Notes: generated by a model not told the origin, from the letters alone. A stretch of DNA of 64,000 nucleotides from Candidatus Woesearchaeota archaeon (GCA_038874135.1 JAVZCZ010000001.1:640001-704000); one strand, 5' to 3'. Counted from the first letter of the stretch, positions 46,070 through 56,561 are shown. Made by a program: numbers and translations.

Positions 46070-47458
46070 TTATCCTTTTATGAACTTCCTGACGGTAGGA
46101 TTCATATCAACTGCGTGCTCTCTTGCAATCCTCTCATAGAATTGGTATATTATCATAACAGCGAGCAGTATCCCAGTTCCTCTTGAAAGCGCGCCTGAAA
46201 TATCTGCAAATGCAGCTAGGAATCCAACTGCAATTGCACCCATAACAGTTAATGGGAATATGTATCTTTCCAGAATCCTTTCAAGTATCCTCTCATCCCT
46301 TCTGAATCCGGGAACTTGCAGTCCAGAAGCCAGAATCTGCTCTGCTTGGCTACGCGCATCCATTCCAGAAGTTTGGACCCAGAGGATTGAAAAGAGCACT
46401 GCACCGAGTATCATGAAAAGCATATAAACGAGGGCATGCGCAACATCCAGCCAAGTTAGCCCTCTAGTAACTATCCTGCTCATTATGTTAGGAGCGTTGA
46501 GCCAGGCAACAATTCCAGTAGTTGGAGTGTTCCCTGCAAAAGTTCCAAGTATTGGCCTTCCCATGTTTTGAAGGAGTCTTGCGATGAGCTGAATGTTAGC
46601 CATGAGTGCAGCCACTAATATCACGGGAATGTTGCTGGTGTAGATAAAGTTTAGAGGCCATCTTATGCCATACCCTCTGACTCTGCCAAAGGATAATGGA
46701 ATTTCAACCTTCATCGCCTGAAGGTATACTGCAATGGCGAAAACTGCGAAGGTGAAGAATATTGACATAAACATTAGAGAGGCTGTTTGGATGTCTCCAC
46801 CTGTAAGACTCTTTATGAACATCGGAATTGCTCCTATGTACGCTTCAGGATTTGCTGGGCTTTTAAGTGGTGAGAGCAGGGCTATGAATAGGCTTTTTGA
46901 AACGCCCGCAGCTATGAACAGTGATATTCCCGAGCCGAATCCCCACTTGTTGCTCACCTCATCCATAAATAGGATCAGCATTCCTCCTAGGAATAGCTGA
47001 AATATGAGCACTAATTTTATGAGCCCCTGGTTCGGAGCGTTTGGGTTGGGAGCGAGTCCTCCAGTGTAGACATACAAGGTAGCTTCAAGTATTATAAACG
47101 CTATGGATAGGAGTTTTTGGATGTTTTCAAAGTATGCTCTTCCTTCAGGCTCATTTATGTTTATTTTTAAAAGTCCAGCTCCTACTAGAAGTTGTAGAAC
47201 TATTGAAGCCGTCACGATTGGTCCTATTCCGAGGCTTAGTATGGAGCCGAATTCTGCACCGAGTATTATTGAAAGATATTCAAACTGCTGCAGCGCGTTA
47301 TTTCCCAAGCCGAATAGAGGAATCATCCCCAGCACGAAGAATGATATTAGAACTACCAGAGTCCATTTGAGTTTCTGTTCAAAGGGAACTACTTTTTGAG
47401 TTGGAGGCTGCACTTCTGGAAAGAAGGAAAATATTTTCGGAAGTTTTTGTTCAGACAT
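46070..47458 (-). CDS. secY: Preprotein translocase SecY
   Basis: LGIGPIVTASI..QLL, KWG.GSG.SLFI, YTSNIP.IL, GTGILL.V. Confidence 0.97.
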   Translation of the reverse strand: MSEQKLPKIFSFFPEVQPPTQKVVPFEQKLKWTLVVLISFFVLGMIPLFGLGNNALQQFEYLSIILGAEFGSILSLGIGPIVTASIVLQLLVGAGLLKININEPEGRAYFENIQKLLSIAFIILEATLYVYTGGLAPNPNAPNQGLIKLVLIFQLFLGGMLILFMDEVSNKWGFGSGISLFIAAGVSKSLFIALLSPLKSPANPEAYIGAIPMFIKSLTGGDIQTASLMFMSIFFTFAVFAIAVYLQAMKVEIPLSFGRVRGYGIRWPLNFIYTSNIPVILVAALMANIQLIARLLQNMGRPILGTFAGNTPTTGIVAWLNAPNIMSRIVTRGLTWLDVAHALVYMLFMILGAVLFSILWVQTSGMDARSQAEQILASGLQVPGFRRDERILERILERYIFPLTVMGAIAVGFLAAFADISGALSRGTGILLAVMIIYQFYERIAREHAVDMNPTVRKFIKG

Positions 47459-47484
47459 TTTCCCTCTGTGCTTTATTTTTCTTC

Positions 47485-47976
47485 CTAAATCTCTTTTGGC
47501 ATTTCGTTCTTAAGCTTTTTAGCCAGTGCTGCTCCAGAAACGAGAACCTCCCCACCTGCAGCGTTTATTTTTTCCTCAGCAGCTGAGCTTGCGCTCTCAC
47601 AGGTTATTACGAACTTGTGTTTTGGAGTTCCTTCCGAGAGGAGCTTTCCAAAACCGAGGTTTTTGAGATTTATTATATACTTGTCCCCTACTTTTTCTAC
47701 CAGCTTCTGTTCTATAAGCTTCTCTAGATTTTCTTCTAAGTAGGATATGTTCACTGCAGGCTTTTTCTTTGGCGATCCATGAGGATAGAAGCCGTGCTTT
47801 CCGAAGAATTCTCTGTTCTTCCAAATCAATGGCTTCATCTGGTCTGCGCGCTTTCCGGTTCCAGAAAAGCCAGCTCCTCCCTTTCTTCCAGTTCCCCTGT
47901 GGCTCTTTTTTGAGCCCCAGCCGTGGGATCCGGAGCCGCGCATCCTTGAACTCTTCTTTCTCTTATTTGTTGGCAT
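47485..47976 (-). CDS. rpl15: Ribosomal protein uL15
   Basis: RGS.SHGWG.KK.HRG.G.KGG.G, FGKHGF, KI..AGG. Confidence 0.93.
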   Translation of the reverse strand: MPTNKRKKSSRMRGSGSHGWGSKKSHRGTGRKGGAGFSGTGKRADQMKPLIWKNREFFGKHGFYPHGSPKKKPAVNISYLEENLEKLIEQKLVEKVGDKYIINLKNLGFGKLLSEGTPKHKFVITCESASSAAEEKINAAGGEVLVSGAALAKKLKNEMPKEI

Positions 47977-48349
47977 TTTTAACACTCTGCTTCATCATTT
48001 TTTTAATTAGCGCTATTATTTCTTTTCCCCTGTAGCCCAGGGCTCCCTTATTCGTGTACGCTCTCTTTATGCCTCCCCTTTCAAAGCCACCTATTGGGGG
48101 GTGCAGCCTGAAGAATCCCTTTTCATACTCCTTAGGCATCTTTTCTTTTAGCATATTTTCAAAAGATTCATCAATTTCTCCATATGTGACGTAGTCCTTG
48201 ACCTTGTAAATCATTCCAAGGTTTGCAGGATTCTTTTCTAAGAGCACCATTGCGTGCTTTCTCCTAAGCCTCAACATGTTTAAGGTGTCTATTATCTCCT
48301 TCTTCGCAGTTGAGGTTCCCCTTATTAGGATAACTGCTATTTTTTCCAT
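47963..48349 (-). CDS. rpl30: Ribosomal protein uL30
   Basis: DTL.MLRL, KVKDYVTYGE, FRLHPP.GG. Confidence 0.93.
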   Translation of the reverse strand: MEKIAVILIRGTSTAKKEIIDTLNMLRLRRKHAMVLLEKNPANLGMIYKVKDYVTYGEIDESFENMLKEKMPKEYEKGFFRLHPPIGGFERGGIKRAYTNKGALGYRGKEIIALIKKMMKQSVKNANK

Positions 48350-48361
48350 TTTTTTGCACCA

Positions 48362-49192
48362 TCACACATTTGAATAGTTCTTCTTATTTCCTTCTATGAA
48401 TTTTGCTTTTGAGCTGAGCCCTTCTGTTTTCATCTCGTTAAGCTTTTGAAGAGCGTCCATTATCGCCTTAACCAGGTTGACTGTGCTTCTGGTTTGTCCA
48501 AGTGCCTTAGACCAAACATCTGTTATGCCTGCAAGCTTTAATATCTTCTGGCCCTCTTCTGTTATGCAGAGGCCTTTTCCCTTCGGAGCGGGTATGAGCT
48601 TTATTCTTACCGAGCCGCACCTTCCTTCAACAGCATAAGGGATGCTGTGGTAACCGCCGCATCCGCACTCCCAGGAGCCGCATCCCCTTCTTATCTTTAT
48701 AAGGTTTAGCTTAGCATTTCTTAGTGCCTTCTCCCTTGCAGGAACTGTTTCCTTTGCTTTGCCGTAGCCAACTCCAACATAGCCGTCTGAGTTTCCTACT
48801 ACTGCAAAGGTTGCGAAGTGAGGCTTGTTTCCTTCCGGAGTTTTCTTTTGAGTCTGCTTGAAGACTCTCCTTTGTCCTCCTCCGAATTTTCCTTTTGCTT
48901 GTCCTATCATTAACAGTTCTGATTTCAGGTTGGGAACTAATGCGTCTACTATCTCTGGCTCAAGGATTTTAAGTCCGTTGTCTAGTATCTGGTCAATGTC
49001 TGTTATCTCTCCACTCTTTACTTTCTTACCCAGTGTGGTTTTGGGATTCCAAGCTTCCTTATTGAATTCGCTTTTTATTTCAACAGTTTCCTCTTCTTCT
49101 ATGGGAACTATTACCTCTTCCTCTGCAGGCGGAGCTTTTGGAATCTCCACTTCTTCCTTTCTCTTTCTGGGTTTTCTTTTTTCCTCAGCCAT
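48362..49192 (-). CDS. rps5: Ribosomal protein uS5
   Basis: W.PKT.LG, VVGN.DGYVG, RRGCGSWEC, PAPKG.G. Confidence 0.95.
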   Translation of the reverse strand: MAEEKRKPRKRKEEVEIPKAPPAEEEVIVPIEEEETVEIKSEFNKEAWNPKTTLGKKVKSGEITDIDQILDNGLKILEPEIVDALVPNLKSELLMIGQAKGKFGGGQRRVFKQTQKKTPEGNKPHFATFAVVGNSDGYVGVGYGKAKETVPAREKALRNAKLNLIKIRRGCGSWECGCGGYHSIPYAVEGRCGSVRIKLIPAPKGKGLCITEEGQKILKLAGITDVWSKALGQTRSTVNLVKAIMDALQKLNEMKTEGLSSKAKFIEGNKKNYSNV

Positions 49193-49212
49193 TTTTTCTC
49201 ACTGATTCCTTT

Positions 49213-49800
49213 TCACTTTTTTCCAGCGGAAGATAGTATCTTCTGCTTTGTTGCTTCAAATGCTTTTTCAGGTGTCACACCTGATTTTTCGTATTCTGAG
49301 AAGAACCTTTTGAACTTATCCGGTTCTTCATTCTTAAGCTTGAGCATGTAATCGCTGATGTGCTTTCCGGATATTCTGCTTTCTTCTGGCAGTATCTCTT
49401 CAGAGTGTGGAATGTTTAGTCCAGCATCCAGAGCTCCTTTAAGTGCAGCGTATAATCTTGAGCCCTTTACAGATTCCTGAAGCCCTAAGTCAAGAATTGC
49501 TTCGGGATTTTTCATTACCTTTCGCGCCTTAATTCCTAAAAGTAATCCTGTCAGGTATGCTGCGGGAATGTTTCCCCTGTTTAGCTTCCAGCCGTATTTT
49601 ATGAGTTCTCTGGAGTGCGCGCTAGCAACTACGATATCTCCTTTCGGATTATATTCTACAAGCTGAACTATGATGTTTTTAAGCGCCTTTCTAACAACGA
49701 GCCTGGGCTTTTGTGATGAGAGCAGCTTTATTCTCTTATAATAGTTCGTTTTTCCTTCCCTTTTCCTTCTGAATTCCACTGTGAATATTTTTTTTGCCAT
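49213..49800 (-). CDS. rpl18: Ribosomal protein uL18
   Basis: [26 protein letters not shown]. Confidence 0.95.
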   Translation of the reverse strand: MAKKIFTVEFRRKREGKTNYYKRIKLLSSQKPRLVVRKALKNIIVQLVEYNPKGDIVVASAHSRELIKYGWKLNRGNIPAAYLTGLLLGIKARKVMKNPEAILDLGLQESVKGSRLYAALKGALDAGLNIPHSEEILPEESRISGKHISDYMLKLKNEEPDKFKRFFSEYEKSGVTPEKAFEATKQKILSSAGKK

Positions 49801-49810
49801 CTTAACCATC

Positions 49811-50266
49811 CTACTGCTTCTTGGTTGCAAGGTTTTGTTCCATTATGTAGAGCTTAAGGTGCGCCTTGCTTCTAAACATTCCGCCCTTGACTTTTAGGTA
49901 TAGCATTCTGAAAGTTTTTCTATCAATTATCCCTTTTTCTTTTAGTTCTGAGAGGAACCTTCTCTGAAGCCTAACCCTGTTCATCCAGCTCTCTTTTTTA
50001 GGAAGGCGCGCTCCATGGCTTCCTTTCAACGAGCCGTCACTTCTCCTTCTTCCCTTCCTCTTTTGTATTAGTATCTTTCTTGCTCTTCCACGCGAAACTC
50101 CCTTCTCCTGTTTTTTGTATATCGCTCCAGAAGATATTAATCTTCCTATGTCCTGCTTGGTTATTGCCTCTTTTATCTCATCCAAGCGCTCTGTGTCAAA
50201 GCGCACCCTCTTCTGGGAGCATTTCATTATTTCAGCAGCAATCCTCTTTTGAACTTTCAGGTTCAT
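49811..50266 (-). CDS. rpl19e: Ribosomal protein L19e
   Basis: L..QKR.AA, KGVSRGR, W..RVR.QR. Confidence 0.95.
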   Translation of the reverse strand: MNLKVQKRIAAEIMKCSQKRVRFDTERLDEIKEAITKQDIGRLISSGAIYKKQEKGVSRGRARKILIQKRKGRRRSDGSLKGSHGARLPKKESWMNRVRLQRRFLSELKEKGIIDRKTFRMLYLKVKGGMFRSKAHLKLYIMEQNLATKKQ

Positions 50267-50276
50267 TTTTAATCAC

Positions 50277-50879
50277 TCACTCTTTTGAGGTAAGCACCTT
50301 TTCCATCTCTTTTATTTCTTCTTCCTTCTTCTCCTCAGCAGATACCTCTTTGTTTTCATTTTGAGATTCCTTTTCTTTCTTAGAAGCAGCCTCTTCTCTT
50401 TCTCTAATCTTTTTCTCCTTGGTCTGGCTTGCCTCTTTCTTCTTCTCAATTCTCTTCTTGAATTCCTCTTCTGCTTTTGTTAAATATTTTTCAGCATCAA
50501 GGTTAAGTACTTCTATGCCCTGCTGTTGCGCTTTTCTGATTATTTCCATTCTCTTCTTCATTCCAACTTTTGAGCTTATTATGACGCCTTGGGATTCCTT
50601 TTTTATCTTTTCAAGCTCTTTTATATTTGAAACAATCACCATTTCAAGTCCGGAATTGTGAAGCCCTCTAATGTCAGCAGGACTCCTCCAGCCAGTGCTC
50701 ACTACAGGAATGTGCCCGGCCTTTCTATGTCTCAACTTTGAATGTATTCCTGTTGGGTATCTCCATCTAGCTTTTACCCTTTTTCTCCTGCCGTAGCACT
50801 GCATTACAAACTTGGGCCTCTTTTTTGCTATCTCAGCCCTCTTTTTCAGGTGTTCCTTTTTCTTATTTTCTGATGCCAT
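50277..50879 (-). CDS. rpl32e: Ribosomal protein L32e with charged C-terminal tail
   Basis: WR.P.G.HSK.R, G.RSP...RGLH.SG. Confidence 0.93.
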   Translation of the reverse strand: MASENKKKEHLKKRAEIAKKRPKFVMQCYGRRKRVKARWRYPTGIHSKLRHRKAGHIPVVSTGWRSPADIRGLHNSGLEMVIVSNIKELEKIKKESQGVIISSKVGMKKRMEIIRKAQQQGIEVLNLDAEKYLTKAEEEFKKRIEKKKEASQTKEKKIREREEAASKKEKESQNENKEVSAEEKKEEEIKEMEKVLTSKE

Positions 50880-50899
50880 TTTGCTTCACAGCTTAATCA

Positions 50900-51469
50900 T
50901 TATTCAAGCAGGTTTTTGCCAGCTTTTTCATATATGAATATCCCATCTTGGAATATGCGCCTATCCCTGTTTTTTATCGTGCATAACTGTTCTATTGAAG
51001 CAGCTGTCTGCCCAGTTTTTTCCTTGTCTGTACCTTCCACTCTTACAATGTTTCCGTCTACAGTAACCTTTACTCCTGAAGGAATTTTCATTGTTCTAGG
51101 CTTTCTCTCTCCTAAAAAGTTTTTTACTGAAAATTCATCTCCACTCACTGTGGCTTTTATTGGGAAGTGGCTATAGCATATCTTAAGCAGGTAAACATAT
51201 CCTTCTTGAACTCCCCTTATCATGTTTTTTATGTGAGCAACTACAGAGTAGAGCTGTGTCTTCGCTCTCTTTTTTGGCTTTGCTGCACTAACAACTATTT
51301 TTCCTTCTGAAATCTCTAATGTTATGTTTGGAAACTTGAACTCTCTTACTACTTCTCCTTTGGGCCCCTGTACTGATAAGAGGGATCCGTCCAGCCTTGC
51401 ACTTACGCCTGCGGGAATTTCTATTTCTTCAAAGATTCCCTTTTCACCATTCGCATTTTCTTTCGCCAT
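50900..51469 (-). CDS. rpl6: Ribosomal protein uL6
   Basis: GPKG, YSHFP, NFLGE, DRRIFQDGI. Confidence 0.95.
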   Translation of the reverse strand: MAKENANGEKGIFEEIEIPAGVSARLDGSLLSVQGPKGEVVREFKFPNITLEISEGKIVVSAAKPKKRAKTQLYSVVAHIKNMIRGVQEGYVYLLKICYSHFPIKATVSGDEFSVKNFLGERKPRTMKIPSGVKVTVDGNIVRVEGTDKEKTGQTAASIEQLCTIKNRDRRIFQDGIFIYEKAGKNLLE

Positions 51470-51481
51470 TTTAGACCCTTT

Positions 51482-51871
51482 TTAGTAACAGTATGCTATC
51501 AGTCTTCCGCCCAGGTTCTGTTTCTTGGCTTCTTTATGAGTCTTTAACCCTCTGTTTGTGGATATTATGAGTATTCCGAAGTCCTGAGCGGGCAGGAACC
51601 TCTTCTCATACTTTTCATAATCTTCAATCTTGACTGAAAACCTTGGCTTTATTGCTCTGCACTCGTTTATGTTGCCAAGCAGGTTTATTTCTACAGATTT
51701 ACCTCTCTTGTTTTCTATTTCTGTAAAATCACCTATGTATTTGTTTTCTTTAAGTATCTTCAAAACTTCCTTTCCAAGTCTTGAAAAGGGCCTCACAGTA
51801 CACTTCTTCTTTCCAGCTTTTTCGTAACTGTTAATCTTGTCCAACATTACCGCGACAGTGTCATTCAGCAT
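51482..51871 (-). CDS. rps8: Ribosomal protein uS8
   Basis: AIKPRF, EKRFLPA.DFG, GG.LIAYCY. Confidence 0.95.
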   Translation of the reverse strand: MLNDTVAVMLDKINSYEKAGKKKCTVRPFSRLGKEVLKILKENKYIGDFTEIENKRGKSVEINLLGNINECRAIKPRFSVKIEDYEKYEKRFLPAQDFGILIISTNRGLKTHKEAKKQNLGGRLIAYCY

Positions 51872-51880
51872 TTTTTCACC

Positions 51881-52111
51881 TTAATTGTATTTTTTGAATC
51901 CTATCTTAGTGCTTATCTCTCTGAAGCAGTGCCTGCACAGGTTCAGCCCATACTTGCTGATGTGACCTCCTGCTCTGCCACACCTTTCGCACTTATGCGT
52001 TGCTAGCCCGTGCTTTCTCTTTTTTGGGGCACTGAACTTCAGGAACCTCTCCTTCTTTACCGGCTTGTCCTTTATTTGTTTCAATATCTTTTTGTAGTAT
52101 GATACTGTCAT
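51881..52111 (-). CDS. rps14: Ribosomal protein uS14 (Zn-finger type)
   Basis: C.RCG...[15 protein letters not shown]...GFKKY. Confidence 0.93.
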   Translation of the reverse strand: MTVSYYKKILKQIKDKPVKKERFLKFSAPKKRKHGLATHKCERCGRAGGHISKYGLNLCRHCFREISTKIGFKKYN

Positions 52112-52121
52112 TTTTCTCTCC

Positions 52122-52646
52122 TCATTCAACAGTTGCCCCGTATTTTTCTTTCATAAATGCTATTGCTTCCTCCTTAGTTATCTTATGATGTTTTGAGATT
52201 TTCTTTTGCTTAATCTTTCTCCTCTTTATTCTGAAACCCCTTCGTTCAAGTGTAATGCACGCCTGAAGCCCCATCAACCCTATTTCCGGGTCATACTTAG
52301 TTCCCGGAATGCTTATGTATTCGTGAATTCCGAATGAGATGTTTCCTTCATTATCAAACTGACTGCTCTTCAATTTTCCATCCACCGCGTCCAGCAGCCT
52401 TTTAAGTATTGATTCAGCATCCTCCTTCCTCAGGGTTACCTTGCAGCCTATCGGAAGCCCAGGCCTGAGCCCCCAAGCAGGTAGCCTCTTATTAGTTACT
52501 GTTTTTATAGGAGTTTTTCCTGTTATCACGGATAGCAGTTTAACTGCCTTGTCCATCTTTTCAGGATTTTTTCCAACTCCAATGTTAAGAGTAACCTTTT
52601 CAATTATTATTTCCCGCATAGCGTTTTCCTGTTTCATTTCTTCCAC
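52122..52646 (-). CDS. rpl5: Ribosomal protein uL5
   Basis: N.MR.I.IEKVT.NIG, IG.KVTLR, YDP.IG..G. Confidence 0.95.
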   Translation of the reverse strand: MEEMKQENAMREIIIEKVTLNIGVGKNPEKMDKAVKLLSVITGKTPIKTVTNKRLPAWGLRPGLPIGCKVTLRKEDAESILKRLLDAVDGKLKSSQFDNEGNISFGIHEYISIPGTKYDPEIGLMGLQACITLERRGFRIKRRKIKQKKISKHHKITKEEAIAFMKEKYGATVE

Positions 52647-52656
52647 TTTTGCTCTT

Positions 52657-53364
52657 TTATTGTGTTATTGTGATGAGCGGTTTTTCCTCGCCTATTACGA
52701 ATGCATACTCTGTTAGAGTTTCAAACTTTTGTCCATTGCTTTCTACGAGTATTCTGGTCTTCTGAATTGATTTCTCTCCAATTATCTCAACTATTCTTCC
52801 AAATTCTCCAGCGTGCTTTCCGTCTGTTATGAACACGAAAGAGCCCTTCTTAAGCGTTAGATGCTGCAATGGCTTTCCAGATGGGAGCTCAATCATTAGA
52901 CTGTCTCCAACATTGTATTCCTTATTCTCTGTTAAGAGATTTCTGCCGTCGTGAAGTGTAATCTGAATTTTTCCTCCCTTCACCATCTGTTTCCTTATTA
53001 TTTTGCAAGGTTTGATGTTCTCTTCAGATTTTGGAATCTTGATAAGCTCAAGTTTCCCTTTTGAGTTAAGCATCATCCTGAATGCCTCTCCGCTCTTCAG
53101 ATTTTTAAGCACATCCATCAAGCCTACAGGGAACTTAAGGTCTTTTCTCACCTTTCCATCAATTGTAATCCAACCATTTCCAAGTATTGATTTTACCTCT
53201 TTGGAAGTGTGCGCATAATTTAGCATCTCCTTCAATACTGAGTTCAACGCGATTCCATATTCCAATGAGTGAGGGCCCGGATTCGGCTTTGTTACAAACT
53301 TGGAGCCCTTTCTTTCCAGCGGCCATGTGCTGGGCATTGCCATTCTTTTGAGGTGTTTGCTCAT
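52657..53364 (-). CDS. rps4e: Ribosomal protein S4e
   Basis: KHLKR, PGPH, FPVGLMDV, LHDGRN, GKHAG. Confidence 0.95.
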   Translation of the reverse strand: MSKHLKRMAMPSTWPLERKGSKFVTKPNPGPHSLEYGIALNSVLKEMLNYAHTSKEVKSILGNGWITIDGKVRKDLKFPVGLMDVLKNLKSGEAFRMMLNSKGKLELIKIPKSEENIKPCKIIRKQMVKGGKIQITLHDGRNLLTENKEYNVGDSLMIELPSGKPLQHLTLKKGSFVFITDGKHAGEFGRIVEIIGEKSIQKTRILVESNGQKFETLTEYAFVIGEEKPLITITQ

Positions 53365-53738
53365 TTTTTCATTGCCTCTGCTCTTTTCTTGTCATTTAGG
53401 TTTAGTTCAATTATCATAAGGTTGGATGGGTGTATTGCAATTTTCACCTTTGTTCCATCTTTCCTTATCATCTCCACTCCGCTTATTCTGACTTTTCCAG
53501 ATTTAAGCTCAATTGACTCTACTGTTCCAGTTCTTCCCCTCATGCTCCCTCTCAGCACCTTTACCCTGTCGCCCTTTCTCAGCTGAACATTTCTCCTTCC
53601 ATATTTTTCCCTCAGCTCTTTTGAAAGGTGAGCAGAGATCATTCTGCGCTTTATGTGAAGTGGAGCATTCTTAACATATTTTCTCTGCTTTCTCGGCTGA
53701 ACGCTTGCCTTCCAGCTCGGTGAAAATTTGCTTCTCAT
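53361..53738 (-). CDS. rpl24: Ribosomal protein uL24
   Basis: QPRKQRK...APLH, RKGD.VKV.RG, IHPSN. Confidence 0.95.
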   Translation of the reverse strand: MRSKFSPSWKASVQPRKQRKYVKNAPLHIKRRMISAHLSKELREKYGRRNVQLRKGDRVKVLRGSMRGRTGTVESIELKSGKVRISGVEMIRKDGTKVKIAIHPSNLMIIELNLNDKKRAEAMKK

Positions 53739-53748
53739 TTTTCTCTCC

Positions 53749-54150
53749 TTAAACTATTATGTTTGCGATTTTGGCTATTGCAGGCCATCTCTCGCACACT
53801 TCTTTGGCAATTGCACCCTTAAATATGGTTCCCTTAGGATTTCCTTTGTCATCTTTAAGCACTACTGCAGCGTTGTCTTCAAATTGTATTCTTTCCCCAT
53901 TAGCCCGTCTGAAAGGCTTCTTCTGCCTAACAATTACTGCGTAGACAACCTGCTTTCTCATTTCAGGCTTTCCCTTTTTTATTGAAGCTAATACCAAGTC
54001 GCCTATGGCGGCTTCTGATTTTCTGCCAAGCACAGTTTTGGAGCCTATCACGCTGATTATGTGTATGAGCTTGGCTCCGGAATTGTCGCACACTGGCACG
54101 TGCGACATCACATTCAGGGATCTTGTTAGGCGAGCTTTAACTGCTTTCAT
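53749..54150 (-). CDS. rpl14: Ribosomal protein uL14
   Basis: DNSGAK, AVIVRQ, FEDNAAV, PKGT.FKG..AKE. Confidence 0.95.
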   Translation of the reverse strand: MKAVKARLTRSLNVMSHVPVCDNSGAKLIHIISVIGSKTVLGRKSEAAIGDLVLASIKKGKPEMRKQVVYAVIVRQKKPFRRANGERIQFEDNAAVVLKDDKGNPKGTIFKGAIAKEVCERWPAIAKIANIIV

Positions 54151-54556
54151 TTTCCTCTACCTTCTTTTCAGATTCCTTCTTCTTTTCAATTGAAGCGTAA
54201 TCCCTTTCCTGGATGTCTTCCTTATGGCCAACCTTCTCAATTACTACAAAGTTTTTTATCTTGCTTATAGGTCTTGTTTCAATTATCTTTACAATGTCCC
54301 CCTTAGCAGCATCTATGCATTCGGGGTTGTGAGCATGAATCACAGTTCTATCCTTCCCGTATCTTTCATACTTTTTGAAGTAAACTTGCCTCTGCATTTC
54401 AACGGTCACTGTTTTCTGGGCTTTATCACTTATTACTACTCCAGTGAATATTCTGCCGTGTGTCTTTATGCTTCCGTGGAATGGACAATTCTTATCGTGG
54501 CACACCTTTGTGGGTGCCTTTACATCCAATCCTATATTTCTTGCTTTGCTTTTCAT
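54137..54556 (-). CDS. rps17: Ribosomal protein uS17
   Basis: C.D.NCPFHG, KYERY, AHNP.C, ETRPISK.K. Confidence 0.95.
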   Translation of the reverse strand: MKSKARNIGLDVKAPTKVCHDKNCPFHGSIKTHGRIFTGVVISDKAQKTVTVEMQRQVYFKKYERYGKDRTVIHAHNPECIDAAKGDIVKIIETRPISKIKNFVVIEKVGHKEDIQERDYASIEKKKESEKKVEENESS

Positions 54557-54561
54557 GACAA

Positions 54562-54819
54562 TCACTCTGTCTTCATTCCAACCCTGTCTTCAGGTCTTTT
54601 GTTTATCTCTTCACCTTTGACTTGAATTTTTTTTCCTTCAATTTCAAATTCAAACACGCATTGTTTTTTGATTACTTTCTTATTGCCCTTCTCAGTGAGT
54701 ATCGTGAATGTGTTTTTTGTTTCATCCTTAACGATTCCGCACATTCCTTTAACGGATTTGTTTTTTGAAGCTGTTATCGTGACGCGCTTTCCTATCAGTA
54801 GGGCGCGTCTTGCTTCCAT
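54562..54819 (-). CDS. rnp1: RNase P protein Rpp29 (component 1)
   Basis: LIG..V, G.V.DETKNT, RPEDR; conserved position before S17. Confidence 0.9.
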   Translation of the reverse strand: MEARRALLIGKRVTITASKNKSVKGMCGIVKDETKNTFTILTEKGNKKVIKKQCVFEFEIEGKKIQVKGEEINKRPEDRVGMKTE

Positions 54820-55124
54820 CACTTCACCTCTATTTGGCTTTCTGCAAATCCGAACTTCACAAGCACTTCTTTGACTTTGTGCCTGTGATCGCCTTGAAGC
54901 TCAATCCTTCCCTCCTTATCTGTGCCCCCGCAGGCGAGTTCTGACTTGAGGGTTTTCATGAGCTTCTTTATGTCAATCTCTTTCTGGTCTATGCCTGTTA
55001 TTACAGTGTAGTTTTTGCCAAATTTTTTGTTTTCAAGGTAAACCTTGATTCTCTGCGTCTCCTTCGCTATTGTTTCACAGACGCAGAGCTCCTTTGGCAA
55101 ACCGCACTTTGGGCAAATGTTCAT
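54819..55124 (-). CDS. sui1: Translation initiation factor aIF1/SUI1
   Basis: C..CGLP.ELC.C, LACGGT, IELQGDH. Confidence 0.95.
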   Translation of the reverse strand: MNICPKCGLPKELCVCETIAKETQRIKVYLENKKFGKNYTVITGIDQKEIDIKKLMKTLKSELACGGTDKEGRIELQGDHRHKVKEVLVKFGFAESQIEVK

Positions 55125-55339
55125 TCTTTTTTGTTTTCCTCCTTCCTTTCTTTTTCTTTGAGGATTGTGAGTATTTTCGCTATTGTTTTTCTTATGACTC
55201 TTATCTGTGAAGAGTTCTTCGGGGCGCTGCCTGTTTTTGCCTGGGCATTTAGTTTCATAAGCTCTTTTCTCAATTCTAATAATTTTGAGTTTAGCTCTTT
55301 TTCACTCATCTCTCTAAGCTGCTTTGTTTTTACAGCCAT
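55121..55339 (-). CDS. rpl29: Ribosomal protein uL29
   Basis: LREMS..EL..KL.EL, IR.TIA.ILT. Confidence 0.9.
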   Translation of the reverse strand: MAVKTKQLREMSEKELNSKLLELRKELMKLNAQAKTGSAPKNSSQIRVIRKTIAKILTILKEKERKEENKKE

Positions 55340-55344
55340 GTTGC

Positions 55345-56097
55345 TCACTCTTCAGCACCTTTTTTGTTGCCCTTTTTCTCTGATTTCCTCTGCCTTTTGG
55401 GCTTTTCAGCTGGTTTTTCTTCCTGCTTTTTTGAGGATTCTTCACTTGATTTGGATTCTTGCTGTTTGATTTCGCTTGTTGTATCTTGGGCACTTTCACC
55501 TTCTTCTTTAACTTTCATATTGTCGGGCAATACAACGCCAGGAGGCATTATGCTGACCTTTATGCCTACTGTTCCCGTCTTAAGCTCAGCTCTGTTTACT
55601 GCTCTCCTGACATTTTCTATGCTTATGTTTCCGCACTTTTTTAAATATCCACTATAAACTCTCCAGCTCTTTGCTCTACTGCTGGGAATCTTGCCTGAAA
55701 CTACGATCTCAACACCCATTGCCCCAGCATTCATTACGTCCTCCATTGACTTGTGCATTATGCCCTTAAACCTGTTTATGCCGTATCTCTCCAGCGAAGT
55801 TGCTATCTTCTCGGCAACTATCTTTGGATCGAGATTAACATTTTCAACTTCGCTTATTTCAATCTGTGGATTTTCCAATCCAAACCTCTTTTTTAAACTC
55901 TTGGTGAGTTTTCTTATGCTTTCTCCACTTCTTCCAACCACAAGTCCGGGCCTGGAAGTGTATATGATTATCTTTTCTCCAAGAGGAGTTCTCTGGACCC
56001 TGACCTGGCTGATTCCAGCCCTATTCAAGTTTTTCTCTACAAATTCTTCTATTTCAAATTCCTTAACATGCTGTGCCACGAAGTTTCTCTCAATCAT
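55345..56097 (-). CDS. rps3: Ribosomal protein uS3
   Basis: RTPLG, RPGLVVG, GA.GVEI.VSGK. Confidence 0.95.
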   Translation of the reverse strand: MIERNFVAQHVKEFEIEEFVEKNLNRAGISQVRVQRTPLGEKIIIYTSRPGLVVGRSGESIRKLTKSLKKRFGLENPQIEISEVENVNLDPKIVAEKIATSLERYGINRFKGIMHKSMEDVMNAGAMGVEIVVSGKIPSSRAKSWRVYSGYLKKCGNISIENVRRAVNRAELKTGTVGIKVSIMPPGVVLPDNMKVKEEGESAQDTTSEIKQQESKSSEESSKKQEEKPAEKPKRQRKSEKKGNKKGAEE

Positions 56098-56555
56098 TTA
56101 CTTCCCTCTTTGGATTTTTTCTCTCTCTTTGTTTCTTCCAGCGTGATTTCAACATGAGTGTTCTTTCCAGTTCTTCCCCTCTTACGGCCGTATTTGTGTA
56201 TTATCGCGGCCTTTTTTGCAATGATGCTTCTTACCTTCAAGGAGGCGGTGTCTAGTCCTGCAAACTGTGCATTCTTCTCTGCGCTCTCCAGCAGCTTCAG
56301 TATTTCTGAAGCGGCTTTTACAGGATATCTTCCTGAGCTCATTCCAGTCTTGTGAGCTATGTCTCTCTTTCTCTTCTTGAAAGGAACTGCTTGCCTCTTT
56401 TCAATAACTGCGAGGAGTATTGATTTTGCCCTCTGAAGGCTCTTGCCTCTTATCATTGAAGCTATCTCTACAGCGTGTTTAGTGGATATTCTAAGTGAGG
56501 TTCCGTACGCTCTAGCCATGTGTTCCTTGTTATAATCTTTAAAAGCGTATTCCAT
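56094..56555 (-). CDS. rpl22: Ribosomal protein uL22
   Basis: ISTKH..EI, GRYP.KA, NA...GLD, THVEI. Confidence 0.95.
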   Translation of the reverse strand: MEYAFKDYNKEHMARAYGTSLRISTKHAVEIASMIRGKSLQRAKSILLAVIEKRQAVPFKKRKRDIAHKTGMSSGRYPVKAASEILKLLESAEKNAQFAGLDTASLKVRSIIAKKAAIIHKYGRKRGRTGKNTHVEITLEETKREKKSKEGSK

Positions 56556-56561
56556 TTTAGT

